Of a stretch of DNA of 64,000 bases, positions 8,059 through 17,024 are shown piece after piece. Below the pieces are notes generated by a model, which saw only the letters and a list, made by a program, of their open reading frames with translations, was not told the DNA's origin and did no database searches. Within the stretch, counting starts at the first letter, position 1. Every line of letters begins with the position of its first letter. This DNA comes from Acidiferrobacterales bacterium (GTDB taxonomy: Bacteria > Pseudomonadota > Gammaproteobacteria > Acidiferrobacterales > SZUA-150): assembly GCA_947258385.1 (NCBI GenBank), contig CAMYII010000052.1, positions 6,642 through 70,641 on the forward strand, in the 5' to 3' direction. The position numbers and the translations under genes are program-made.

Positions 8059-8358
8059 TCACTTTGCTAGTTTCCATGCTGTATGAGCTCCTTTTACCAG
8101 TAAAAACACCCATAATGGCTCAATAATTATAACCACCAACCAAAACCCTGTAACACCAGATATAAGGCCTAATTCGCTTAGAGCATACAGAGGCATCAAT
8201 AAGAAAACACCAAACCAGAATAAGTATATGTTTCCAGGCCCAGCATGAACATTACTAAAATATGCGCTAATGAGATAAATAGGGACAATAGCAATAGCAG
8301 TGATAATTAGATGCTGCTTAGTATTATCGCTAATAGAATCATGATATTTTTTACACAT
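8059..8358 (-). CDS. Gene-cassette hypothetical membrane protein (99 aa)
   Basis: Three hydrophobic segments; AT-rich. The ATG lies inside core site GTTATGT (8361-8355), matching ACATAAC (8049-8043) downstream. Confidence 0.75.
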   Translation of the reverse strand: MCKKYHDSISDNTKQHLIITAIAIVPIYLISAYFSNVHAGPGNIYLFWFGVFLLMPLYALSELGLISGVTGFWLVVIIIEPLWVFLLVKGAHTAWKLAK

Positions 8359-8557
8359 AACAGCTGGATATACGGCTATAGCGGTAATGTTTTACCGCCA
8401 TGTCGGTTATATTGCCTTATTAATCCCTTGAAAACAAAGCGTTCTTGGTATTAAAGCCGCTAATTATTTGAGCGGCAAATGCCGCTTGCGCGGCATTATT
8501 CAATTTAATCGCTGTGTGACGAATATTGTCCGCCGCAGCCGGTATATTGAGTTAGTA
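8355..8557. other. Candidate attI/leader region of the cassette array
   Basis: First GTT core of the array (AGCCGTATATCCAGCT-GTTATGT, minus) is mirrored by AGCCGGTATATTGA-GTTAGTA on plus. Three short internal hairpins; no intI nearby. Confidence 0.4.
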
Positions 8558-8686
8558 AACCGCCGGTTCACCAAGGTTTCAAGCGAATTTCTACTGGCTT
8601 TGAGACCGCCGCTGTCCCGCCACGCCGGGGATAATCACGACAGGGTACGGATCCGGCAGTAATCCAACTCTTAGGGTGGTGTCGAA

Positions 8687-9100
8687 TCAGGACTTATCTG
8701 CGCGATTGCGAATATCGCTGACGTCACCGGGGCCGTGGTGATCTTGCTCGGCCAGGCGCTCTGTCAGTATCGCCTCGACATCGGCGAACACGGTGTTGAG
8801 GATCATGCCGGCATGGGCGTGAAAAAAACGCTGTTGGCAGCGGACCGGCTGATGCAGGCCGGCGCGCGTTGTGTTCGCGAAGGCGGTCCAGGCGACGACC
8901 GGCAGATCCTCCGGGGTGCGATCCACGCAGACCCACGCCTCGTCGTCCAACAGGATATCGAGGCCGCGCAGGCTCGGCAGGCACAAACGCAGCGGGCTTT
9001 GCAGCCGGGATAACGCCAGCCGCACGCGATTGTAGTGCTCCGCTTCCACCACGGCGAGGCTGACTTGAAAGGCAGGTATATCTTGGAGTCTGGACCTCAT
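8687..9100 (-). CDS. Hypothetical protein downstream of cbbO
   Basis: Host-like codon usage, globular composition, fills the gap. Start is ATG 9100 or GTG 9109. Confidence 0.7.
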   Translation of the reverse strand: MRSRLQDIPAFQVSLAVVEAEHYNRVRLALSRLQSPLRLCLPSLRGLDILLDDEAWVCVDRTPEDLPVVAWTAFANTTRAGLHQPVRCQQRFFHAHAGMILNTVFADVEAILTERLAEQDHHGPGDVSDIRNRADKS

Positions 9101-9486
9101 CGCTTCCACCCCATAGTCGCAAACGGCTGCAAGGTTGGCATTCGGATCTGCGCCGTTTCCAGACCAGTATCTTTAGAGACTCTGCTTAAAGTATGGCCCC
9201 TGGGGTCGGGTCGATCAACATCCGCGGATTGTGGTTATCGCGGCAAGGAAAATACACGATTGTTGCGTCTGCTCCGAGAAATAGTAGATGTTGCCCGGAC
9301 CTACGGCTGCGGCCCCGCGGTTATCCACCGCTGACCCTCGATAAACGTATCCGTCACACGAAATATCCGGGATTTGATGCCGACAGCCGCAGCATGACCT
9401 GCGGCGCGGGAGCCGGCGTTTATCGCAAGACTGGTTGTTTAGCAGTTTGTTGCATGACAGGTTTTTCATCAACCTGCCGGATACGC

Positions 9487-11823
9487 TTACTTGGTCAGAG
9501 ACATGAACAGACGCGGCAGGCGCTCGGGCAGCCGCTGCACATGGTCCACGATGGAATAGCCGTTGACGCCGAAAATGCGGGAGACGTATTCGTCGGCCTG
9601 CGGATCCAGGGTGAGGCAATAGCTGGTCACGCCGCGGGTAACCAACTCCTCGACCGCCTTTTTGGTGTCGTGGCGCAGGTACTGCGGGTCGCGCTCGTCG
9701 ATATCGGCGGGCTCGCCATCGGTGACGAGCAAAATAAGCTTCTTCTGCTGCGCTTGGCGTAACAAAAGACTGCCGGCGTGGCGCAGGGCGGCCCCCATGC
9801 GGGTCGACAGTCCGCCCCACATGCCGGCGAGGCGTGCCTTCACCTCATCGTCATAAGGCTGGTCGAAATCCTTGAAACGGTAATACTGCACGTCATGCCG
9901 GCCGTCGGAGGCGAAGCCGTGGATCGCGAACGGATCCCCGATCCCGTCGATGGCCCAGGACAGCAGCGCGGTGGCCTCGCGCGCGAGCTGCAATACGGGG
10001 CGGTCGGTGCCGGGTATGGTTTCATTGGTGCTCTCGGAGAGGTCCAGCAGCACCAGCACCGCGAGGTCGCGGGTCTTACGGATGTAGCGCACATTGACCC
10101 GCGGGTCCGGGGTCTCACCCATGCGCAGATTGACCATGGCACGGATGGCGGCGTTCAAGTCGATCTCATCGCCGTCTTCCTGATGCCGCTGGCGTATGAG
10201 GCCCTGGGGCTGCAGGGCATCGATAATGTGGCGGATGCGCGAGGCCAGGGGCCTGTGCTCCGTCAGCGCCCGGTCGATGTCCGCGGGATCGCCCTTGGGC
10301 TGACGCTTCTCCAGCACCGTCGCCCAGTCGGGGCGGTGCAGCTGCACTTGATAGTCCCACTCGTGGTAATGGTAAGGCTCACTGGCCGGTTCCTTACCCT
10401 CCAGCTCGTTAATGGTGCAGCCCTCCTGATCCAGCCAGAACGGCGTCTCCAGGCGCCAGATCTCCTGGGCGTCGTCGCCGGCCAGCTCGCAGTCGAGCTC
10501 GTTGGCCATTTCAATGACACTGACGGTCTTGCGCACCTGGCGGTGGCTCGCGGGCATGTATTCGGCGTCGCGCCAGTCCGCCTCATCGAAGGCCCAGATG
10601 TAGCGATTATCGTCGCGATAGGGGATGGCGATGGACTCGAGGATGCGCAGACTCGGAATGGCGCCGCGTTCGCCGAGTGTATTGAAAAACGTGACCCCCA
10701 GATCCCAGCTCAAGGCGTTGTCCTCGGGTCGCGCCTCGAATTCGGTTCGAAACGCGGCCACGGCTTCGCTTATCCAGGGATCCGAATCCTCATAGGTGCC
10801 ATCCAGCAGGGCATGCGCCAGGCGTTCCAACAGGTCGACGACCTCGTGCTCGGGATTGTTGACCTCGTCGGCCTGTTCGTGAAACTGCGCCCATAATTGT
10901 TTCAGCCCCGGAAACTCCCTGATCGCGAGATGCTCGATGCGGGCGTCTTCAAAGAGGCCAATGAGGAACATCTGCACCGGCGTCAGCGCCTCGGCGGAAA
11001 TGGGTTCGTGGCCGTATGCCATGTGTGCGGCCGCATGCGTGCAGCTGGCGCGGTATAACTCGCCACCGGGGATGCCGCCGTAATCGTCATAGGCATCGGG
11101 GACATGAATGACGCGGTCCTCGATGTACGGCTTGAGCCCTTCACGGCTCTCGTAATCCCCCGCCGTCGGACGCAGAAAAAAGTCTCGCCCCCACAAGGCG
11201 CGCAGGTAAAAGTTGAGCTTGCGCTGATTGTCGACGAACAAGGTGCCGCGGCGCTCCTTTTGCAGCACCGCCTGGCTGTCGGCCGACTCCAGGTTGAAAT
11301 AGGCGGCCTGCGCCTGGAAATCGCGTCCGTGGGCCTGGGCGCCCCATAGCGCCCAGCGGCGCAGACCCCCGAGCGTGAGCTTGGAAAACAGTTGATCCAG
11401 ATGCACCAGCATGGGCCGCAGGCCGCGTGGCACCTTGGCGGAGAGCTGGTGCAGCAGCTGCAGATAGGCGCGCAACAGCTCGGCATCGCCCAGGCGCCGG
11501 GCCGCCGTCGGCAGGCTGGAAAAAATCAGGCTGATGACCTGGCCGCTGACCATGGAGGCCAGCTGCATGGCGGCGGTGACGCAATCCTTGATGACCTCCT
11601 CGCCGACTTCCTTGACCACCGCGGGCATTTCCTGCAGATAGGCGACTTCCAGATCGGTGCCGCGCCCCAGGCTGGTCAGGGCCTTGGCGCCTTCCATGTA
11701 GTTATTGAGCCCGCGCGGTGACATGACCTTGGCCGCTTCGGCAAAGCTGGCCTCCAGGGTGTCGTGCACGTGCGGCTCGGCCTGTTCGAGGAATTCGCGA
11801 TAGTCTTCGAGATTAACTGTCAT
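9487..11823 (-). CDS. cbbO: RubisCO activase adaptor CbbO (vWA domain)
   Basis: C-terminal vWA with MIDAS DLSES, STRMGAALRH and VTDGEP; follows cbbQ. Confidence 0.95.
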   Translation of the reverse strand: MTVNLEDYREFLEQAEPHVHDTLEASFAEAAKVMSPRGLNNYMEGAKALTSLGRGTDLEVAYLQEMPAVVKEVGEEVIKDCVTAAMQLASMVSGQVISLIFSSLPTAARRLGDAELLRAYLQLLHQLSAKVPRGLRPMLVHLDQLFSKLTLGGLRRWALWGAQAHGRDFQAQAAYFNLESADSQAVLQKERRGTLFVDNQRKLNFYLRALWGRDFFLRPTAGDYESREGLKPYIEDRVIHVPDAYDDYGGIPGGELYRASCTHAAAHMAYGHEPISAEALTPVQMFLIGLFEDARIEHLAIREFPGLKQLWAQFHEQADEVNNPEHEVVDLLERLAHALLDGTYEDSDPWISEAVAAFRTEFEARPEDNALSWDLGVTFFNTLGERGAIPSLRILESIAIPYRDDNRYIWAFDEADWRDAEYMPASHRQVRKTVSVIEMANELDCELAGDDAQEIWRLETPFWLDQEGCTINELEGKEPASEPYHYHEWDYQVQLHRPDWATVLEKRQPKGDPADIDRALTEHRPLASRIRHIIDALQPQGLIRQRHQEDGDEIDLNAAIRAMVNLRMGETPDPRVNVRYIRKTRDLAVLVLLDLSESTNETIPGTDRPVLQLAREATALLSWAIDGIGDPFAIHGFASDGRHDVQYYRFKDFDQPYDDEVKARLAGMWGGLSTRMGAALRHAGSLLLRQAQQKKLILLVTDGEPADIDERDPQYLRHDTKKAVEELVTRGVTSYCLTLDPQADEYVSRIFGVNGYSIVDHVQRLPERLPRLFMSLTK

Positions 11824-11848
11824 GTGACTTCGATATGCATCTTCAGGT

Positions 11849-12002
11849 AACGCAAAGTGCGCGGAGGCGCAAAGGACGCAAAGAAAAACAATTTTCTGTT
11901 AAGAGACACGATTGACCTATGCAATACCTTTTTGACGCCAAAGGGAGAGCATTATTATTAGTAAAAACTCTGGTGCTTCGCGTCTCTGCGTCCTCTGCGT
12001 TT
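11849..12002. repeat. Palindromic pair of ~9-bp repeat arrays (REP-like)
   Basis: AACGCAAAGTGCGCGGAGGCGCAAAGGACGCAAAG ... TGCTTCGCGTCTCTGCGTCCTCTGCGTT flank an AT-rich spacer. Confidence 0.7.
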
Positions 12003-12012
12003 TCAACCCGCG

Positions 12013-12813
12013 CTAGAAATAAGTCCCCACCGCGGCATCGAGGGTCTCGCGCATGTCCGGGTCGTCGGTAATGGGACGCACGAGCGTCATCCGGCAGGCC
12101 GGTTTCGGCTCGATGCCCTTGGCGATCAGGTTACCGGCGTAGACCAGCAGGCGGGTGGAGATGCCCTCGTCCAGGCCGTGGCCCTTGAGGTTGCGCGCGC
12201 GGTGAGCGACCTGCACCAGCTTGTTGGCGGTATCGCTGTCCAGCCCGGTTTCATGGCTGACGATCTCGGCCTCCACGGCCGCCTCCGGGTAGACGAAGTC
12301 CAGGGCCCCGAAACGCTGCTTGGTGGACTGCTTGAGGTCCTTCATCAGGTTCTGATAACCGGGATTATAGGAAATCACCAGCTGGAAATCCGGATGGGCG
12401 TGCACCAGCTCACCCTTTTTATCTAACGGCAGGTTGCGCCGGTGGTCGGTGAGCGGATGGATCACCACGGTGGTGTCCTGCCGCGCTTCGACCACTTCAT
12501 CGAGGTAGCAGATGGCGCCGATACGTGCGGCGATGGTCAGCGGACCGTCCTGCCAGCGGGTGCCCTGGGCGTCGAGCAGAAAACGGCCGATCAGGTCCGA
12601 GGCGGTCATGTCCTCGTTGCAGGCCACCGTAATGAGCGGACGCCCAAGCTTCCAGGCCATGTACTCCACGAACCGGGACTTGCCGCAGCCGGTCGGGCCC
12701 TTCAGCATGATCGGCATGCGCGCCGCATAGGCCGCTTCGTACAATTCGATTTCGTCCGATACCGAGCGATAATAGGGTTCTTCGGTAATCTTATATTGGT
12801 CAATGTTTTCCAT
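12013..12813 (-). CDS. cbbQ: RubisCO activase CbbQ (AAA+, CbbQ/NirQ/NorQ family)
   Basis: Walker A GPTGCGKS, Walker B YLDEVVE, SYNPGYQ, LKQSTKQRF, STRLL. Confidence 0.97.
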   Translation of the reverse strand: MENIDQYKITEEPYYRSVSDEIELYEAAYAARMPIMLKGPTGCGKSRFVEYMAWKLGRPLITVACNEDMTASDLIGRFLLDAQGTRWQDGPLTIAARIGAICYLDEVVEARQDTTVVIHPLTDHRRNLPLDKKGELVHAHPDFQLVISYNPGYQNLMKDLKQSTKQRFGALDFVYPEAAVEAEIVSHETGLDSDTANKLVQVAHRARNLKGHGLDEGISTRLLVYAGNLIAKGIEPKPACRMTLVRPITDDPDMRETLDAAVGTYF

Positions 12814-12881
12814 TACTTAAACTCTCTGACATTCGCTGACTTTAACGCGCGACCGATAATCGCGATCCGATTCTTCACTTG

Positions 12882-12977
12882 GATACAAGATACAAGATGC
12901 AAGATACAAGATACAAGATACAAGTAAATGGTCCCAGATAGGCCCTCAACCTGTATTCAATTTGTATCTTGTATCTG
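12882..12977. repeat. Heptamer arrays (GATACAA)6 ... (TTGTATC)2 in inverted arrangement
   Basis: Six units at 12882-12923 (one is GATGCAA); reverse-complement units at 12962-12975. Confidence 0.9.
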
Positions 12978-12981
12978 AAAC

Positions 12982-13018
12982 AAAAAGCCCCTGTCCGAGA
13001 ACCGGTCAGGGGCTTTTT
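12982..13018. terminator. Intrinsic terminator after cbbS
   Basis: AAAAAGCCCCTG-loop-CAGGGGCTTTTT. Confidence 0.8.
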
Positions 13019-13045
13019 GCACAATACCACCTACCGGGAAGACGA

Positions 13046-13405
13046 TCAGGTCTTGATCGGACCGCGATAGATCACCATGGCCGTGCCCTGGGACTGGGCG
13101 TAATTGTCGTAACCGATCAGGCGCACATGATTCTTCGGATGCGCCTTGTGGCAGGCTTCGGCCTCGGCCAGGATCTTGTCCACGTCAGTCTCCCCGAACA
13201 TCGGCAGCTTCCACATATACCAATAGTGGTCAAAAGCGTTCTCCGGCTCGGTGTGCTCAACCGCTGGATTCCAACCCTTGGAGACGATGTACTCGACCTG
13301 CTTGCGGATCTTGTCCTTGTTCATCTCCGGCAGGTAGGAAAAGGTCTCGAACTTACGGCTGGCCGAATCGGTCAGGCTCGATTTGTAGTCTTGCATTTCG
13401 CTCAT
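13046..13405 (-). CDS. cbbS: RubisCO small subunit, form IA
   Basis: [33 protein letters not shown]. Confidence 0.98.
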   Translation of the reverse strand: MSEMQDYKSSLTDSASRKFETFSYLPEMNKDKIRKQVEYIVSKGWNPAVEHTEPENAFDHYWYMWKLPMFGETDVDKILAEAEACHKAHPKNHVRLIGYDNYAQSQGTAMVIYRGPIKT

Positions 13406-13471
13406 TGGTTTAACTCCAAAATTTAATGTTCAAATTCAAACAGTTCAACTGTCAGAAAGGCCCTGGGATCG

Positions 13472-13574
13472 AGTAGCAAGTCTCAAGTTACAAGTCGCAA
13501 GATAAAACATTCTTTCCTTGCAACTTGGAGGGAGCGGCGGCGTCCGCCGCTCCCGTCCTTGCCACTTGAAACTT
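13472..13574. repeat. Degenerate inverted heptamer (CAAG/CTTG) arrays enclosing a GC hairpin, cbbL-cbbS spacer
   Basis: AGTAGCA AGTCTCA AGTTACA AGTCGCA AG ... CTTGCAACTTG, then GGGAGCGGCGG-cgt-CCGCCGCTCCC, then CTTGCCACTTGAAACTT. Confidence 0.75.
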
Positions 13575-14994
13575 ATTTATGAGCCACATCCAGCTTGTCG
13601 ACGGTGTCGAACTCGAACTTGATTTCCTTCCAGGTCTCCATCGCCATCTTCAGCTCGGGGCTGGACTTGGCGGCCGCGGTCAGGATCTCCTTGCCTTCCT
13701 TCTCGATGGGACGGCCCTCGTTACGGGCCTCGACGCAGGCCTCGAGCGCCACGCGGTTGGCCGCGGCACCCGCAGCATTCCCCCAGGGGTGACCCAGGGT
13801 ACCGCCGCCGAACTGCAAGCAGGCGTCATCACCGAAGATCGCGACCAGTGCCGGCATGTGCCAGACGTGGATACCACCGGAGGCAACCGGGAACACGCCA
13901 GGCATGGAACCCCAATCCTGATCGAAGAAGATGCCGCGCGAGCGATCTTCCTTGATGAAAGAATCGCGCATGGTGTCGATCCAGCCCAGGGTCGCTTCAC
14001 GATCACCTTCGAGCTTGCCGACCACGGTGCCGGAATGCAGGTGGTCGCCACCGGACAGGCGCAGGGCCTTGGCCAGCACCCGGAAATGGATACCGTGTTT
14101 GGGGTGACGATCCAGCACCGCGTGCATGGCACGGTGGATATGCAGCAGGATACCGTTGTCGCGGCACCAGTTGGCCAGGCCGGTGTTGGCGCAGAAGCCG
14201 CCGGTCAGGTAGTCGTGCATGATGATGGGCGCGCCCAGCTCTTTGGCATGCTCGGCACGCTTGTACATTTCTTCCGGAGTCGGGGCGGTCACGTTCAGGT
14301 AATGACCCTTGCGCTCACCAGTCTCTGCCTCAGCCTTATGGATGGCTTCCATCACGAAATCGAAACGCTGACGCCAGCGCATGAACGGCTGCGAATTGAT
14401 GTTCTCGTCGTCCTTGGTCAAATCCAGGCCACCACGCAGACATTCGTACACCGCGCGGCCATAGTTTTTGGCGGACAGACCCAGCTTGGGCTTGATGGTG
14501 CAACCCAGCAGCGCACGGCCATATTTGTTGAATATGTCACGCTCAACCTGAATACCGTGCGGCGGGCCACCACAGGTCTTGACGTAAGCGATGGGGAAGC
14601 GCACGTCTTCCAAACGCAGGTGGCGCAGGGCCTTGAAGCCGAAGACGTTACCCACCAGCGAGGTGAAGACGTTGACCACCGAGCCCTCTTCGAACAAATC
14701 GATGGGATAGGCAACGAAGGCATAGAACGACTCGTCGTCACCGGGGACGTCCTCGATGGCGTAGGCGCGGCCTTTGTAATAGTCCAGATCGGTCAGCAGG
14801 TCGGTCCACACCGTGGTCCAGGTGCCGGTGGAGCTCTCCGCGGCCACCGCAGCGGCAGCCTCTTCACGGGGTACGCCCGGCTGCGGGGTGATCTTGAAGC
14901 AGGCCAGAATATCCGTGTCCAACGGGGTGTACTCCGGCATCCAGTAGGTCTCGCGGTAATCCTTCACACCCGCGCTATAGGTTTTTGCTGCCAT
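13573..14994 (-). CDS. cbbL: RubisCO large subunit, form IA
   Basis: [20 protein letters not shown] catalytic motif, [10 protein letters not shown]; green-type N- and C-termini. Confidence 0.99.
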   Translation of the reverse strand: MAAKTYSAGVKDYRETYWMPEYTPLDTDILACFKITPQPGVPREEAAAAVAAESSTGTWTTVWTDLLTDLDYYKGRAYAIEDVPGDDESFYAFVAYPIDLFEEGSVVNVFTSLVGNVFGFKALRHLRLEDVRFPIAYVKTCGGPPHGIQVERDIFNKYGRALLGCTIKPKLGLSAKNYGRAVYECLRGGLDLTKDDENINSQPFMRWRQRFDFVMEAIHKAEAETGERKGHYLNVTAPTPEEMYKRAEHAKELGAPIIMHDYLTGGFCANTGLANWCRDNGILLHIHRAMHAVLDRHPKHGIHFRVLAKALRLSGGDHLHSGTVVGKLEGDREATLGWIDTMRDSFIKEDRSRGIFFDQDWGSMPGVFPVASGGIHVWHMPALVAIFGDDACLQFGGGTLGHPWGNAAGAAANRVALEACVEARNEGRPIEKEGKEILTAAAKSSPELKMAMETWKEIKFEFDTVDKLDVAHK

Positions 14995-15159
14995 GTGCAG
15001 TCCTCCTGATCAAGTTTTCGAAAAAATCGGTCGCAACGTCCGGGCCGGCCAATCCGGCGAAACAAAGCGTCTCTCAGCCTCGATGGTCCGCCCTGCACCG
15101 CCCTGAAGACCGCGGCGGTTGAGAAGCATCCCCCTAAGGAGCTCGAAATTATATGCCCC

Positions 15160-15220
15160 GTTTATATAAAGTAAACTAAATAATAATGATTGATATCATA
15201 AGCTATTACTTATATTATTA
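15160..15220. promoter_or_regulatory. AT-rich cbbL/cbbR divergent promoter with probable CbbR site
   Basis: Inverted repeat ATAAG-ctatta-CTTAT (15198-15213), a TNA-N8-TNA type site, just upstream of the LysR gene. Confidence 0.6.
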
Positions 15221-15224
15221 GGGC

Positions 15225-16163
15225 ATGGCTCTGAACGTAACTTTTCGCCAACTCAAGGTCTTCGACGCGGTGGCCCAGCACCTGAGCTACACCCGTGCGG
15301 CCAAAGCGCTTTTTCTCACCCAGCCGGCAGTGTCCATGCAAATCAAACAGTTAGAGGACAATGTCGGCCTGCCGCTGTTCGAGCAGTTGGGTAAGCGGAT
15401 CTATCTGACGGAGGCCGGGCGTGAGCTCCACAATTACAGTCGCGCCATCGCCCAGCAGCTCGACGAGGCCGACACGGTCCTCAAGCAGCTCAAGGGCGTC
15501 AAACGCGGGCGTCTCGCCGTCTCGGTCGCCAGTACGGCCAATTACTTCGCCACCCGCCTGCTGGCCACCTTTAGCAAACGCCACGGCTCGGTCACTGTGA
15601 GCCTGGATGTCACCAACCGCGAGAGCCTGCTGCGCCAACTGGCCAACAACGAGCAGGACCTGGTGATCATGGGCCGGCCGCCGGCGGACGTGGACCTGGC
15701 GGTGGAGGCGTTTGCCAAGAATCCACTGGTGATGATCGCTCCCCCGGACCATGCACTGGCCAAGGCAAAAAAAATCGCCCTTGCCCGTCTGCAGGGAGAG
15801 ACCTTCGTGGTCCGCGAGCACGGCTCGGGTACGCGCATCGCCATGGAACGTTTCTTTGCCGATAAAGGCGTCAAGCTCACCACCGGCATGGAGATGAACA
15901 GTAACGAGGCGATCAAACAGGCCGTGGAGGCGGGCCTGGGCCTGGGCATTGTCTCTATCCATACGCTCGAGCTGGACCTTGAGGCCGGCAGGCTGGTCAC
16001 CCTGGACGTGAAGGGTTTCCCCATTCTGCGCCACTGGTACGTGGTGCATCGCCAGGGCAAGCGCCTCTCACCCGTCGCCCAGGCCTTCAAGGAATTCGTG
16101 TTGCAGGAAGGCTCCAGCCTGCTGCCGTATGGCTTAGAGAAGCTGCACCGGGCGTCAGGCTGA
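15225..16163 (+). CDS. cbbR: LysR-type RubisCO operon regulator CbbR
   Basis: LysR HTH (SYTRAAKALFLTQPAVSMQIKQLE), REHGSGTR, SNEAIKQAV; divergent from cbbL. Confidence 0.95.
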   Translation: MALNVTFRQLKVFDAVAQHLSYTRAAKALFLTQPAVSMQIKQLEDNVGLPLFEQLGKRIYLTEAGRELHNYSRAIAQQLDEADTVLKQLKGVKRGRLAVSVASTANYFATRLLATFSKRHGSVTVSLDVTNRESLLRQLANNEQDLVIMGRPPADVDLAVEAFAKNPLVMIAPPDHALAKAKKIALARLQGETFVVREHGSGTRIAMERFFADKGVKLTTGMEMNSNEAIKQAVEAGLGLGIVSIHTLELDLEAGRLVTLDVKGFPILRHWYVVHRQGKRLSPVAQAFKEFVLQEGSSLLPYGLEKLHRASG

Positions 16164-16315
16164 GCAATCGGCCGGGCAGGGGGTGTATTGCCTTGGCGGG
16201 CATTTTGTGTCATCACTATGCGCCGCAACGAGAACCCTGAATCGAGCATGGGCCGACGGACCAACACGCACCTGTTTGACTGCCCTCCGCTTTCGCGCTG
16301 TCTTGAAGGAGAACA

Positions 16316-16882
16316 TTGATGAAAAAGATCGTAATTGCAATGACGATGATCGTCTGCCAATCCGGTATCGCAGTGGCCGCCGATACGCAGGATCGCACCG
16401 CAGCGAGCCGCGCAGTCGTCAAGTCCTTCATGCAGGAGCTCAAGGGCGAGTTGCAACAGGCCATGAAAGCAGGCGGCCCCACCAATGCCATCGAAGTGTG
16501 CAAGACCAAGGCGCCGAAGATTGCCGCGGATCATTCGAACAAGCAGGGTTGGCGTGTGGCCCGCACCAGCCTGAAAGTGCGCAATCCCGGAAACGCGCCG
16601 GATGCCTGGGAACGCAAGGTGCTGAAGTCCTTCGAGGCGCGTAAGGCCAAGGGGGAACATATCACAAAGATGGAGCATACCGAGGTCGTGACCCAGAATG
16701 GCAAACAGACCTTCCGCTACATGAAAGCCATCCCCACCGGCCAGGTCTGTGTGAACTGTCACGGCGCCAAGATCGACGCCGCCACCGAGGCCAAGCTGAA
16801 GCAGGTCTATCCCACCGATAAGGCACGCGGCTTCAGCGTGGGTGATATCCGCGGGGCCTTCACCATCAGCCAGCCGATGTGA
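16316..16882 (+). CDS. Exported DUF3365 / Tll0287-like monoheme c protein
   Basis: Signal peptide, AIEVC, RTSLKVRNP.NAPD.WE, CVNCH heme motif, GDIRGAF. Confidence 0.85.
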   Translation: MMKKIVIAMTMIVCQSGIAVAADTQDRTAASRAVVKSFMQELKGELQQAMKAGGPTNAIEVCKTKAPKIAADHSNKQGWRVARTSLKVRNPGNAPDAWERKVLKSFEARKAKGEHITKMEHTEVVTQNGKQTFRYMKAIPTGQVCVNCHGAKIDAATEAKLKQVYPTDKARGFSVGDIRGAFTISQPM

Positions 16883-16903
16883 GGACCGGTGCGGCCCTCA
16901 ATG

Positions 16904-16931
16904 AAAAAGGGCGGGGAAACCCGCCCTTTTT
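16904..16931. terminator. Bidirectional intrinsic terminator
   Basis: AAAAAGGGCGGG-gaaa-CCCGCCCTTTTT between convergent genes. Confidence 0.88.
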
Positions 16932-17024
16932 CTGCCACTTCTTTCTTAAGGTGCGCTGATTAGCGAGGCGGTACAGGAATGTACCGCCTGCGGAGCTAAA
17001 AATGCAAAAAGTCCATGGATGGCT

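Noticed and set aside
8468-8662. 64-aa ORF as a possible intI remnant
   Set aside because: No tyrosine-recombinase or IntI N-terminal motifs; it overlaps the hairpin-rich leader.
9110-9486. Intergenic region with inverted repeats (CGATAAACG/CGTTTATCG, CCGCAG/CTGCGG) as a possible ncRNA or riboswitch
   Set aside because: I recognise no known RNA family, and short stems are expected at this GC content. An Rfam or covariation search would be needed.
13579-15009. 476-aa plus-strand ORF opposite cbbL, and similar long antisense ORFs at 17019..18074, 48148..50070 and 9778..10896
   Set aside because: Antisense shadows of strongly codon-biased GC-rich genes; no recognisable motifs.
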